Positions 10,422 through 19,292 of a stretch of DNA of 32,604 nt are shown in pieces. Where the stretch lies: NCBI GenBank assembly GCA_947632525.1, contig CANRPQ010000002.1, forward strand, positions 1-32,604, given 5' to 3'. The notes under the pieces were generated by a model that worked only from the letters and a program-made list of their open reading frames with translations, made no database searches and had not been told where the DNA came from. The DNA comes from an uncultured Clostridia bacterium (GTDB taxonomy: Bacteria > Bacillota > Clostridia > TANB77 > CAG-508). Each line of letters starts with the position of its first letter. The first letter of the stretch is position 1. The translations under genes and the position numbers were made by a program.

Positions 10422-11987
10422 ATGGAGAAAAAAGAAAAAATTTTTTCAAAATTAAATATTAAAGATTATACAAATCGCTTAGAGAAGATTTTAGAGAAAA
10501 AGAAATTCTCATTAGATACAAAAAATCTTCTTTTAAGTATGCTATATAAAATAGAAAATGGATATAACGATTATTCTAAAACAAAAATTCAAGTTCCTAA
10601 TAAAAATGAATTTATACAAAATATTTTTAATATTATAAATAAAAAATGTAATCAAATAATTGTTGCTGAGTTTGATTCACAAGCAAGCAGTTTGCTAAAA
10701 AATAAAAATGTAAAGTATATAATAGACAAGGAAAAGCAAGAAATCATTGCAATTGCAAATGAACTACTAGTATTTAATTGTATTTTAAATATGCAAGAAA
10801 ATGAAATTATTATGCCACAAGAAAAACAATCTTTAAAAGTACCAGTTTCTAATTTGTTAAACATAGGAAACCGCATAAATCAAACAGAAGTTATACGTGA
10901 CTTTAATGGGTGGTCTTGGGACATAGTATTAAAAGAAATTGATAATATTAGTGTAAACACTGTTTTTCAAACAATATTATATTTAACAGGTTACGAATTT
11001 ATACAAAAATGGATAAATAACTCTAGTAATTTGGCAGATTACCTTGACTTATTTTCTTCTTATTTAAAAGAAAATTATGGTGAAAAAAGAGCTAATCAAT
11101 TTATTACCTTATTTTGCAAATTAGCTATAGATATATCAATATATGATAAAAATGAACAATATGAATTTTGGAAAGAAAAAAGAGACATTTTTAATCAGGA
11201 ATTAGAAAAATTACAGGATAAAGAAAATTATATAAGCAACAAAACAAAAGAAAAGAAAGAGTATACAAAACAAATTGAAGATATTGACAAAATAATAAAT
11301 AACAAAGAATTACTAAAAGAAGAATACACTAAAAGAAACGAAAAATTACCTAACAAAGAAAAAATCTTTAGCATAAGTCACTTAGTATTAAGATTAGAAA
11401 AAGAAAGAAATGATTTTTTAGAAAAGATAAAACAGTGTAACATATTAATTGAGCCAAAGGGATATGTAAAACGCAAACATGAGGTGGAAGCTAAGGTTCA
11501 ATTTTTAAACAAGTTAGATATTGATAAGAATCAAGATATAAGAAATACAATCATACAACTGTGCAATATATTTTTAAGTTGTTTTGAAATCAAAATTGCA
11601 AAAGCACAAACAAAACAAGAAGTATTAACATATATTTATGAACTACGCTATTATGGGTTTTTGCCATTGGACAAAGAAGGGAATACTTTAAAATCTATAC
11701 CAAAATTACAAATTGCTTTTCAAAAATGTAAAAAGAATTTGTTAGAAAAAGCAAGAAAGTTAGGTGTAATAGACGAAATAACAGAAGATGAAAAGGCAAA
11801 CTTTGAAATAGTAAGCAAAATTTTTGATAGTAAAATGATTGACTTAGACCATATGATAGTAGAAATAAAGATTATTGACGAAAAACTATATGTTGAATAT
11901 TATGATGAAAAAGTATTGGAATCAAGAATTCAAGTACAAAGTGATAAAACAATTAAACTAAAGAAAAAGACGAAACTATTTATATAA
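10422..11987 (+). CDS. Hypothetical protein (521 aa), soluble, Lys/Glu/Asn-rich with a central coiled-coil
   Basis: Long uninterrupted ORF with coding-like composition. I recognise no motif. Confidence 0.6.
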   Translation: MEKKEKIFSKLNIKDYTNRLEKILEKKKFSLDTKNLLLSMLYKIENGYNDYSKTKIQVPNKNEFIQNIFNIINKKCNQIIVAEFDSQASSLLKNKNVKYIIDKEKQEIIAIANELLVFNCILNMQENEIIMPQEKQSLKVPVSNLLNIGNRINQTEVIRDFNGWSWDIVLKEIDNISVNTVFQTILYLTGYEFIQKWINNSSNLADYLDLFSSYLKENYGEKRANQFITLFCKLAIDISIYDKNEQYEFWKEKRDIFNQELEKLQDKENYISNKTKEKKEYTKQIEDIDKIINNKELLKEEYTKRNEKLPNKEKIFSISHLVLRLEKERNDFLEKIKQCNILIEPKGYVKRKHEVEAKVQFLNKLDIDKNQDIRNTIIQLCNIFLSCFEIKIAKAQTKQEVLTYIYELRYYGFLPLDKEGNTLKSIPKLQIAFQKCKKNLLEKARKLGVIDEITEDEKANFEIVSKIFDSKMIDLDHMIVEIKIIDEKLYVEYYDEKVLESRIQVQSDKTIKLKKKTKLFI

Positions 11988-12019
11988 AATAAAAAAACAA
12001 GGAAAGGACTTATAAAAAT

Positions 12020-13669
12020 ATGAAAATTACATTTTTGGGGGCAACTAAAACTGTAACAGGATCTAACTTTTTAGTAGAAGGAGCAGGAAAAAAATTTTTA
12101 GTAGATTGTGGAATGTACCAAGGAAGCGCAAGAGATGAAATGGAAAATAGTGAGCCATTTGCTTTCAATATACAAGATATTGATTTTGTGCTATTAACAC
12201 ATGCACATATAGACCACTCAGGAAGACTTCCAAAATTATATGTAGATGGATACAGAAATCCAATTATCACTACAAAGGCAACAAGAGATTTGTGTTCTAT
12301 TATGCTACCAGATAGTGGTCATATTCAAGAACAAGAAAATGAATGGAAAAATAAGAAAAGATTAAGACAGGGTCAATCACCTTTACCACCTTTATACACT
12401 GCTCAAGACGGTATAGACTGTATGGAAATTTTTAAACCAGTTTCATATGATGAAATTATAGAAATCGATGAAAACATTCATGTACGTTTTAATGACGCAG
12501 GACACATGCTAGGGTCTGCAATTATTGAAATTTGGGTAAAAGAAGACGGAAAAGAAACCAAAGCTGTATTTACAGGAGATTTAGGAAATAATGACATTCC
12601 ATTATTATCATCTCCAACAATGATAGAAACCGCAGATTATTTAGTAATGGAATCTACATATGGCTCAAGACTTCACATGAGAAATGACGATAAAGCTAAC
12701 CTTTTTGTAGATATTGTTTCAGAAACTTTAGATAAAGGCGGCACAGTAGTAATTCCGTCATTTGCTGTTGGTAGAACTCAAGAGATATTATATGAAATAA
12801 ATAACTTGAAAGATATGCAAACTAGTGACGAATTTAAGAAAAAATATGAGAGCATAATGAAAGCACCAGTATATGTAGATAGTCCACTTGCAATATCTGC
12901 CACAGAAATTTTTAGAGAAAATGCTAATTTATTTGATGAAGAAACACAAGCTGTTATTGAATCAGGAGATAATCCATTAGAGTTTCCAGGACTTCAATTT
13001 ACCAGAACTGCAGAAGAATCAAAAGAATTAAATGCAAAGCAAGAGTCTTCAATTATAATATCTGCTAGTGGTATGTGTGAAGTAGGAAGAATTAAACATC
13101 ACTTAAAACATCATTTATGGGATCCAAACAGTACCATATTATTTGTAGGATATCAAGCACCAGGAACTCTAGGAAGAAGATTAGTAGACGGGGAAAAGAA
13201 AGTTAAGATTTTTGGAGAAGAAATTGCAGTAAACGCAAGAATAGAGTATATTGAAGGATACTCAGGACATGCAGATCAAGAGTGGCTTCTAAATTTTGTA
13301 TACTCATTTATTACAAAACCAAAACACATTTTTTTAGTACATGGTGAACCAGAAGGACAAATAGTATTAAAAGATAAAATATTAGAAAATACAAGTATTC
13401 CAGTAACAATTCCAAATTATGGAGAAAGCTATACACTAGATGATAAATTAACAATGACACAAGAAGTAGAACCAAAAGTAAGGAATAATACTGAACGAAA
13501 TGATGTAATAAATAGAATAAGAATATTAAAAGAAGAATTGGACGATATGGAAAATATCGTTAGAGAAGAATATTTAGGAAAAGAAGCAGATGACTATAGT
13601 ATTAGCCGTCTAAAACTAAGATTAAAAGAAATTGAAGAACAAATTGTAAGAATTGTGGAGAAAAACTAA
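12020..13669 (+). CDS. Metallo-beta-lactamase / beta-CASP family RNA-metabolising hydrolase
   Basis: MBL motif LLTHAHIDHSG and N-terminus MKITFLGATKTVTGSNFLVE...VDCGMYQG. The length and C-terminal H motifs (GYSGHAD, LVHGE) are typical of beta-CASP RNases. Confidence 0.78.
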   Translation: MKITFLGATKTVTGSNFLVEGAGKKFLVDCGMYQGSARDEMENSEPFAFNIQDIDFVLLTHAHIDHSGRLPKLYVDGYRNPIITTKATRDLCSIMLPDSGHIQEQENEWKNKKRLRQGQSPLPPLYTAQDGIDCMEIFKPVSYDEIIEIDENIHVRFNDAGHMLGSAIIEIWVKEDGKETKAVFTGDLGNNDIPLLSSPTMIETADYLVMESTYGSRLHMRNDDKANLFVDIVSETLDKGGTVVIPSFAVGRTQEILYEINNLKDMQTSDEFKKKYESIMKAPVYVDSPLAISATEIFRENANLFDEETQAVIESGDNPLEFPGLQFTRTAEESKELNAKQESSIIISASGMCEVGRIKHHLKHHLWDPNSTILFVGYQAPGTLGRRLVDGEKKVKIFGEEIAVNARIEYIEGYSGHADQEWLLNFVYSFITKPKHIFLVHGEPEGQIVLKDKILENTSIPVTIPNYGESYTLDDKLTMTQEVEPKVRNNTERNDVINRIRILKEELDDMENIVREEYLGKEADDYSISRLKLRLKEIEEQIVRIVEKN

Positions 13670-15612
13670 TGAAAAATAAATATAATAATGATGCAATTAT
13701 TGGTGGGAATAATATAACAGCAAGTTATACCGATAAAGGTGAATTGCTAAGGGTTATGTATCCTGCACCAGATTTTAGAAATTGGATAGATGAATTTGTA
13801 ACAGGAATAAAAATAAATGACTCTGCCATAATTTATCTACACGATGATATTAATAATGTATATGACCAATATTATACAGAAAATACTAATGTATTACATA
13901 CAAAAATAACCAATACGTATTTTAATCTAAACATAAAGCAAACCGACTTTGCCTTAATAAAAAATAGCGTCTTGGTTAAAAAATATGAATTTGAAAATAA
14001 AAATAATATAGATTTAAATGTTAATTTTATAGTACATGCTAAACTATTATCCGATATTAATAATATGGTAGGTTCTGAAATTAAAGACAATACTTTAATA
14101 CAATATTGCCATGACTATACTATGTATACATTTTCAAACACTCCATTACTTAGTTATCAACTAAACGATATTAAAGAAAATATAGGAAGCGGAGTAATAA
14201 GTGACAAAGATTACATAGGAATGTCATGTGACTCTGGAATTAGTTATGACATAGGAACTATAAAACCACAACAAAAAAAGGAACTTATAATATATTTATA
14301 TTTCAAAACAAACGAAGAAAAACAAACACAAGACAGTATAAAAAAAGAATTATCAGATATTCGTAAATTAGATGTGAACAAAGAACAACAATCTGTAGAA
14401 AAATATTGGAAAAAATATGTAAAAGAACATTTAGGAATACAACTAAAACCAGAAACCAGTGAATACAACAAAAAATTTAATCAAATATATCAAAGAAGCA
14501 TTTTGCTATTTCCACTTTTAACTAATTCAGAAACAGGTGGAATTTCAGCAGCAGTAGAAATTGATGAAAATATGACACAGTGTGGAAGATATAGTTACTG
14601 CTGGCCAAGAGATGCCGTATTTGTTACAAAAGCATTAGACTTATTAAAAATGACTAAAGAAGCAGAAAAATTCTATAAAAATTTTTGCAAAAATACACAA
14701 AGTAAAAATGGAATGTGGGAACAGAGATTTTACACAGATGAGAGACTAGCACCATGTTGGGGCTATCAAATTGACGAAACAGCCAGTGTTATATTTGGAG
14801 TTTATGAACACTACAAAGTAGTCAAAGATATTAAGTTTTTAAAAGACACATATAAAATGTGTGAAAATGCTGCTAAATTTTTATGCACTTATATGGACAA
14901 CATATTAGGAACAGTAGACAAATCAGATGTTGTAAAAAATGAAATTGAAGAAACATATCATACTCAAGACAGAAACAAATTGCCAGTAAGTTATGATTTA
15001 TGGGAAATGCATGAAGGAGTTCATCTATATTCTTTATCAGCAATTTATGCAGCATTCCAATCAATAAAAAACATACATGAAGTAATAAGACCAGAATATG
15101 AAGTTAAAAATCGTTTAAAAGTGGAAGCAATGAACAAATTAGAAGCAAAGACCACAAAATATCAAGAAGAAATAAAAGAGTACATATTACAACATTTATA
15201 TGATGAAAGAACAAAGACATTTTTAAGAAATCAAAATGACAATCGTACTGATATTAGTGAATTAGGAATAGTAATTCCTTTTGAACTATTTTCTCCAAAA
15301 GAAAAGAAAGTATTAAACACAATTGAAAAAATAAACATGACATTAAGAACATATACAGGGGGATATCTAAGGTTTGAAGAAGACCATTATCGCAAGGGAA
15401 ACAGCCCATGGCCAATTTCTACAGCATGGATGGGAATGTACTACCAAAAGGCAGGAGAAAAAAGAAAAGCAAAAGAATGTCTTGAATTTATTATAAACAC
15501 CGCTAATAAACATGGATTTTTATCAGAGCAAGTTAGCAATGAAACGATGCAACCAAATTGGGTTAATGGACTTGGCTGGTCTCACGCAATGTTTGTAAGT
15601 TTATGTCAGTAA
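13669..15612 (+). CDS. Glycoside hydrolase family 15 (glucoamylase/glucodextranase-like)
   Basis: Motifs YCWPRDA, DLWEMHEG and (alpha/alpha)6-barrel-like C-terminal WSHAMF. The ATG overlaps the preceding stop (TAATG). Confidence 0.7.
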   Translation: MKNKYNNDAIIGGNNITASYTDKGELLRVMYPAPDFRNWIDEFVTGIKINDSAIIYLHDDINNVYDQYYTENTNVLHTKITNTYFNLNIKQTDFALIKNSVLVKKYEFENKNNIDLNVNFIVHAKLLSDINNMVGSEIKDNTLIQYCHDYTMYTFSNTPLLSYQLNDIKENIGSGVISDKDYIGMSCDSGISYDIGTIKPQQKKELIIYLYFKTNEEKQTQDSIKKELSDIRKLDVNKEQQSVEKYWKKYVKEHLGIQLKPETSEYNKKFNQIYQRSILLFPLLTNSETGGISAAVEIDENMTQCGRYSYCWPRDAVFVTKALDLLKMTKEAEKFYKNFCKNTQSKNGMWEQRFYTDERLAPCWGYQIDETASVIFGVYEHYKVVKDIKFLKDTYKMCENAAKFLCTYMDNILGTVDKSDVVKNEIEETYHTQDRNKLPVSYDLWEMHEGVHLYSLSAIYAAFQSIKNIHEVIRPEYEVKNRLKVEAMNKLEAKTTKYQEEIKEYILQHLYDERTKTFLRNQNDNRTDISELGIVIPFELFSPKEKKVLNTIEKINMTLRTYTGGYLRFEEDHYRKGNSPWPISTAWMGMYYQKAGEKRKAKECLEFIINTANKHGFLSEQVSNETMQPNWVNGLGWSHAMFVSLCQ

Positions 15613-15646
15613 AAGTAATGTTTCAAACGGACAAGGGAGTGAAAAA

Positions 15647-17005
15647 ATGGCAAAATCAAAAACTGTATTTGTATGTAGTAATTGTGGATATGAATCTACA
15701 AAATGGCTAGGAAAATGCCCAGGATGCAATGAATGGAATAGCTTTTATGAAGAAAAAATAGCAAAAGATACGGGAAGTGTTGATAAAAAAAGCAAATCCG
15801 TTACTCCAAAACGATTAAATGAAGTCATTGGAAAAGACGCTGTACGTACTCATACTGGTATCGGAGAATTAGACAGAGTATTAGGTGGAGGATTAGTTAA
15901 AGGTTCGTTAGTGTTAGTAGGTGGAGAGCCAGGCATTGGTAAGTCTACCCTAATTTTACAACTTTGCAATAAAATACAAGGAGAAGGCAAAGTTTTATAT
16001 GTTTCAGGAGAAGAATCAGCAGAACAAATTAAATTAAGGGCAGATAGACTTGGCATTAATAATGACGATATTTTGTTTTTAGGAGAAACAGATATTGAAT
16101 TAATAGAAAATAATATATTGGAATTAAATCCAAAATTAGTTATTATTGACTCTATTCAAACCATGTATTCTGATGAAATCTCCTCTGCAGCAGGAACAGT
16201 AAGCCAAGTACGTGAAATTACAGCTCGTATTATGCGAGTATGCAAAAGCAATGAAATTACAACTATTATAATCGGACATGTTACTAAAGAAGGAAACATT
16301 GCAGGACCTAGAGTATTAGAACATATGGTAGATACAGTTCTATATCTAGAGGGAGAGAGATATTTTTCTTATCGTATTTTACGTAGTGTAAAAAATCGTT
16401 TTGGATCTACTAATGAAGTGGGAATGTTTGAAATGCAAAATGAGGGAATGGTTGAAATAACTAATCCTTCTTCAGTACTTATTTCAGAAAGAGAAGATAA
16501 TCCACCAGGCTCTGTAATTGTAGCTAGTATGGAAGGAACCAGACCATTACTTATAGAATTACAGGCTCTAACTACTCCAACCATATTTGGTTTTCCACGT
16601 AGAACTGCAAATGGACTTGATTACAATAGACTTACGATTTTAGTAGCAGTATTAGAAAAAAGAGCAGGACTATCACTAAGCTCGCAAGATATTTATCTAA
16701 ATGTAGTAAGTGGCATTAAAATTAATGAACCAGCAGTAGATTTAGGAATGACTTTAGTTTGTGCGTCTAGTTTTAAAAATATAAGTATTGATAAGAGAAC
16801 TGTTATTATAGGCGAAGTTGGGTTGACAGGAGAGGTAAGAGCAGTAAATTTAATAGATAAAAGGTTAAAAGAAGCAGAAAAATTAGGATTTAAAACCTGT
16901 ATTATACCAGAAAGTAATAAAAAACTATTGAAAGAAAAGTATAATTTAGATATAATAGGGGTTAGAAATGTAAATGAGGCAATGAAAGCAGTAGGACTAA
17001 AATAG
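15647..17005 (+). CDS. radA: DNA repair protein RadA (Sms)
   Basis: N-terminal zinc finger CSNCGYESTKWLGKCPGCNEWNS, Walker A GEPGIGKST, the KNRFG motif and a Lon-protease-like C-terminal domain. Confidence 0.95.
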   Translation: MAKSKTVFVCSNCGYESTKWLGKCPGCNEWNSFYEEKIAKDTGSVDKKSKSVTPKRLNEVIGKDAVRTHTGIGELDRVLGGGLVKGSLVLVGGEPGIGKSTLILQLCNKIQGEGKVLYVSGEESAEQIKLRADRLGINNDDILFLGETDIELIENNILELNPKLVIIDSIQTMYSDEISSAAGTVSQVREITARIMRVCKSNEITTIIIGHVTKEGNIAGPRVLEHMVDTVLYLEGERYFSYRILRSVKNRFGSTNEVGMFEMQNEGMVEITNPSSVLISEREDNPPGSVIVASMEGTRPLLIELQALTTPTIFGFPRRTANGLDYNRLTILVAVLEKRAGLSLSSQDIYLNVVSGIKINEPAVDLGMTLVCASSFKNISIDKRTVIIGEVGLTGEVRAVNLIDKRLKEAEKLGFKTCIIPESNKKLLKEKYNLDIIGVRNVNEAMKAVGLK

Positions 17006-17079
17006 ATTAAATATTTGTCCTCAAGCTGACAAAAGTGTCAGTAAAATAACGTCCAAAAACTGACAAAAGGGGGTAAGCA

Positions 17080-18159
17080 ATGGCTGTAAAAAAAGAAGAT
17101 ATAGTTATTACAGAAGTGCTAAAAATGATTGCGCCAGGTACACCAATTCGTGACGGATTAGAAAACATTTTAAAAGCAAAAACCGGTGCATTAATAGTCA
17201 TTGGAGATACAAAAGAAGTACTTGATTTAGTAGATGGTGGTTTTAAATTAGATATAGATTATACATCTTCTAGATTATATGAGCTTGCTAAAATGGATGG
17301 TGCTATAGTTTTAAGTAGTGATTTCAAAAAAATTCTATATGCAAATGCACAGTTAATTCCATCTTCAAACATCAGCACAACAGAAACAGGTACAAGACAT
17401 CGTACAGCCGAGCGTACAGCCAAACAAACTGGTGCTTTAGTCATTAGTATTTCACAAAGAAGAGGTGTTATTACTATATTTAAAGGAAATTGCCGCTATG
17501 TATTAGAAGACACATCAAAGGTAATAACAAAAGCAAACCAAGCATTACAAACTGTAGAAAAATATAAGAAAGTATTTGATGATAAATTAAGTTTATTAAA
17601 TGAATATGAATTTAATGATATAGTTACATTAGAAAATGTAATTAACAGTATTCAACGTGCCGAAATGGTAATGAAGGTAGTTGAAGAAGTTCAAAAAGCA
17701 GTATATGAGTTAGGAGAAGAGGGCAGATTATTAGATATGCAATTAGAGGAATTAACAGGTGATTTGGAAACAGAAGAATTACTTATTATCAAAGATTATA
17801 TTGCTCCTGGCAAAAAACGTGCAGCAGAAAAGATATTAGAAGAAATTAGAAAATTAGAACACGACGATTTATTAGTAACAGAAAAAATTGCAAAACATCT
17901 TGGATATGGTGACTTTGACAACTATGATGAAGTAGGAGTATATACTAGAGGGTATCGTGTATTAAATAAAATTCCAAGAATGCCAAGCAATATTGTAGAA
18001 AACTTAATTAGAAGTTTTAAATCTTTCCAACACATATTAGCAGCAGACTTGCAACAACTAGATGATGTTGACGGTATAGGAGAGATAAGAGCGCGTACTA
18101 TTAGACAATCTTTAAATCGTATGCAAGAGCAATTTGTATTTGACAATTTAATAATGTAA
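17080..18159 (+). CDS. disA: DNA integrity scanning protein DisA (diadenylate cyclase)
   Basis: DAC domain motifs (GALIVIGD, DGAIVL, TGTRHRTAER), a C-terminal HhH (GIGEIRARTI) and the classical radA-disA pairing. Confidence 0.93.
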   Translation: MAVKKEDIVITEVLKMIAPGTPIRDGLENILKAKTGALIVIGDTKEVLDLVDGGFKLDIDYTSSRLYELAKMDGAIVLSSDFKKILYANAQLIPSSNISTTETGTRHRTAERTAKQTGALVISISQRRGVITIFKGNCRYVLEDTSKVITKANQALQTVEKYKKVFDDKLSLLNEYEFNDIVTLENVINSIQRAEMVMKVVEEVQKAVYELGEEGRLLDMQLEELTGDLETEELLIIKDYIAPGKKRAAEKILEEIRKLEHDDLLVTEKIAKHLGYGDFDNYDEVGVYTRGYRVLNKIPRMPSNIVENLIRSFKSFQHILAADLQQLDDVDGIGEIRARTIRQSLNRMQEQFVFDNLIM

Positions 18160-18182
18160 TTATATAATTTATAATCATTATG

Positions 18183-18304
18183 TTTTTTTAGTAAACTATA
18201 TCATTTTGTAGTGAAACGAGGTATAGGGAATGCCCGTAGGGCAAGGGACCCTGTAGCGGAGCGTCCGAAGTGGAACGAAAAAATCATATAGTTTACTAAA
18301 AAAT
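18183..18304. repeat. Long imperfect hairpin: AT-rich palindromic arms enclosing a conserved GC-rich ~87-nt core (copy 1; candidate ncRNA or miniature insertion)
   Basis: Arms tttttttagtaaactatatcatttt (18183-18207) and aaaatcatatagtttactaaaaaa (about 18280-18304) are inverted repeats with one mismatch. The core 18197-18283 recurs inverted at 30718-30804 with 5 differences. Confidence 0.7.
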
Positions 18305-18337
18305 AAACAGAAAAATAACACAAATTATGGAGGAATT

Positions 18338-19162
18338 ATGAAAGGTGTATTTTTAAGAGCATTATTAGTTTTATGTATTATTTTAACATTAGCAGGAATT
18401 GGATTTGTAAGTTATGGATTTTATAAAAAACTTACTACAAATATTCCAAACCCAACAGCAACTATAAAAGTAAAAGATTATGGAGATATAACAGTAGAAT
18501 TATATCCAGATAAGGCTCCAAATACGGTAGCTAACTTTATACGCTTGGCACAACGTGGATTTTATAATAATCTAACATTCCATAGAACTATTCCAAACTT
18601 TATGATTCAAGGTGGAGATAAAGCAGGAAATGGAAGCGGTTCACCAAGTTTAAGTGATTTAAAAGATAATGTAGAAGTAGATAAAGAATATAATATTCCA
18701 GGTGAGTTCATTGCAAATGGTTATACAAAAAATAATTTAAAACATACTAAAGGCGTTATTTCTATGGCAAGAACAGATTATAGCCAAACTAGTTCTAGCT
18801 TAACACAATATGGTTATAATTCTGCAGGATCTCAATTCTTCATTATGACAGAAGATAATAATTCACTAGACGGACTTTATGCTGCATTTGGAGAAGTAAA
18901 AGACGGAATTGAAGTTGTAGAGAAAATAGCAAAAACAGAAGTTTATTATAGAGATAGTGAATTAAAAGACGGAGAAGAAGCTCCAAAAGATAAAGACGGA
19001 AACCAAATTAATTCTGATACACCAAAAAAACCACCAGTAATTGAAAGCATTACTGTAGAAACTTATGGTGTGGATTATGGAATTCCAGAAACAAACGATG
19101 TATTTGATTACTATACATGGTTAATGCAACAATACTATGGTAGTGGACTAAGCGCTGAATAA
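18338..19162 (+). CDS. Membrane-anchored cyclophilin-type peptidyl-prolyl cis-trans isomerase
   Basis: N-terminal TM/signal anchor and the cyclophilin signature FHRTIPNFMIQGGD ... GSQFFI. Confidence 0.88.
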   Translation: MKGVFLRALLVLCIILTLAGIGFVSYGFYKKLTTNIPNPTATIKVKDYGDITVELYPDKAPNTVANFIRLAQRGFYNNLTFHRTIPNFMIQGGDKAGNGSGSPSLSDLKDNVEVDKEYNIPGEFIANGYTKNNLKHTKGVISMARTDYSQTSSSLTQYGYNSAGSQFFIMTEDNNSLDGLYAAFGEVKDGIEVVEKIAKTEVYYRDSELKDGEEAPKDKDGNQINSDTPKKPPVIESITVETYGVDYGIPETNDVFDYYTWLMQQYYGSGLSAE

Positions 19163-19178
19163 AAATATAAATATAAAT

Positions 19179-19232
19179 AATCAGTTTGCCAGTTTAATGA
19201 CACTAATTTTACTGGCAAACTGATATTATTTT
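19179..19232. terminator. Bidirectional terminator between the convergent PPIase and mutS2 genes
   Basis: 14-bp stem atcagtttgccagt/actggcaaactgat (19180-19193 / 19211-19224), flanked by A-rich sequence upstream and T-rich sequence downstream. Confidence 0.75.
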
Positions 19233-19292
19233 GTGTATAAAAATTCTAGTGCATCTGTATATAAGTTTAGATTAAGCTAGCAATTCCAGTGA

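Noticed and set aside
18207-18290. Possible small ORF through core copy 1 (VVKRGIGNARRARDPVAERPKWNEKII*)
   Set aside because: The same frame in copy 2 hits a stop (gcc tga) at one of the compensatory substitutions. The substitution pattern preserves base pairing rather than coding.
18183-18304. c-di-AMP (ydaO-type) riboswitch or a disA terminator, suggested by proximity to disA
   Set aside because: I see no resemblance to the ydaO/yuaA consensus as I recall it. The hairpin has a T-run before and an A-run after on both strands, so it is not a canonical intrinsic terminator in either direction.
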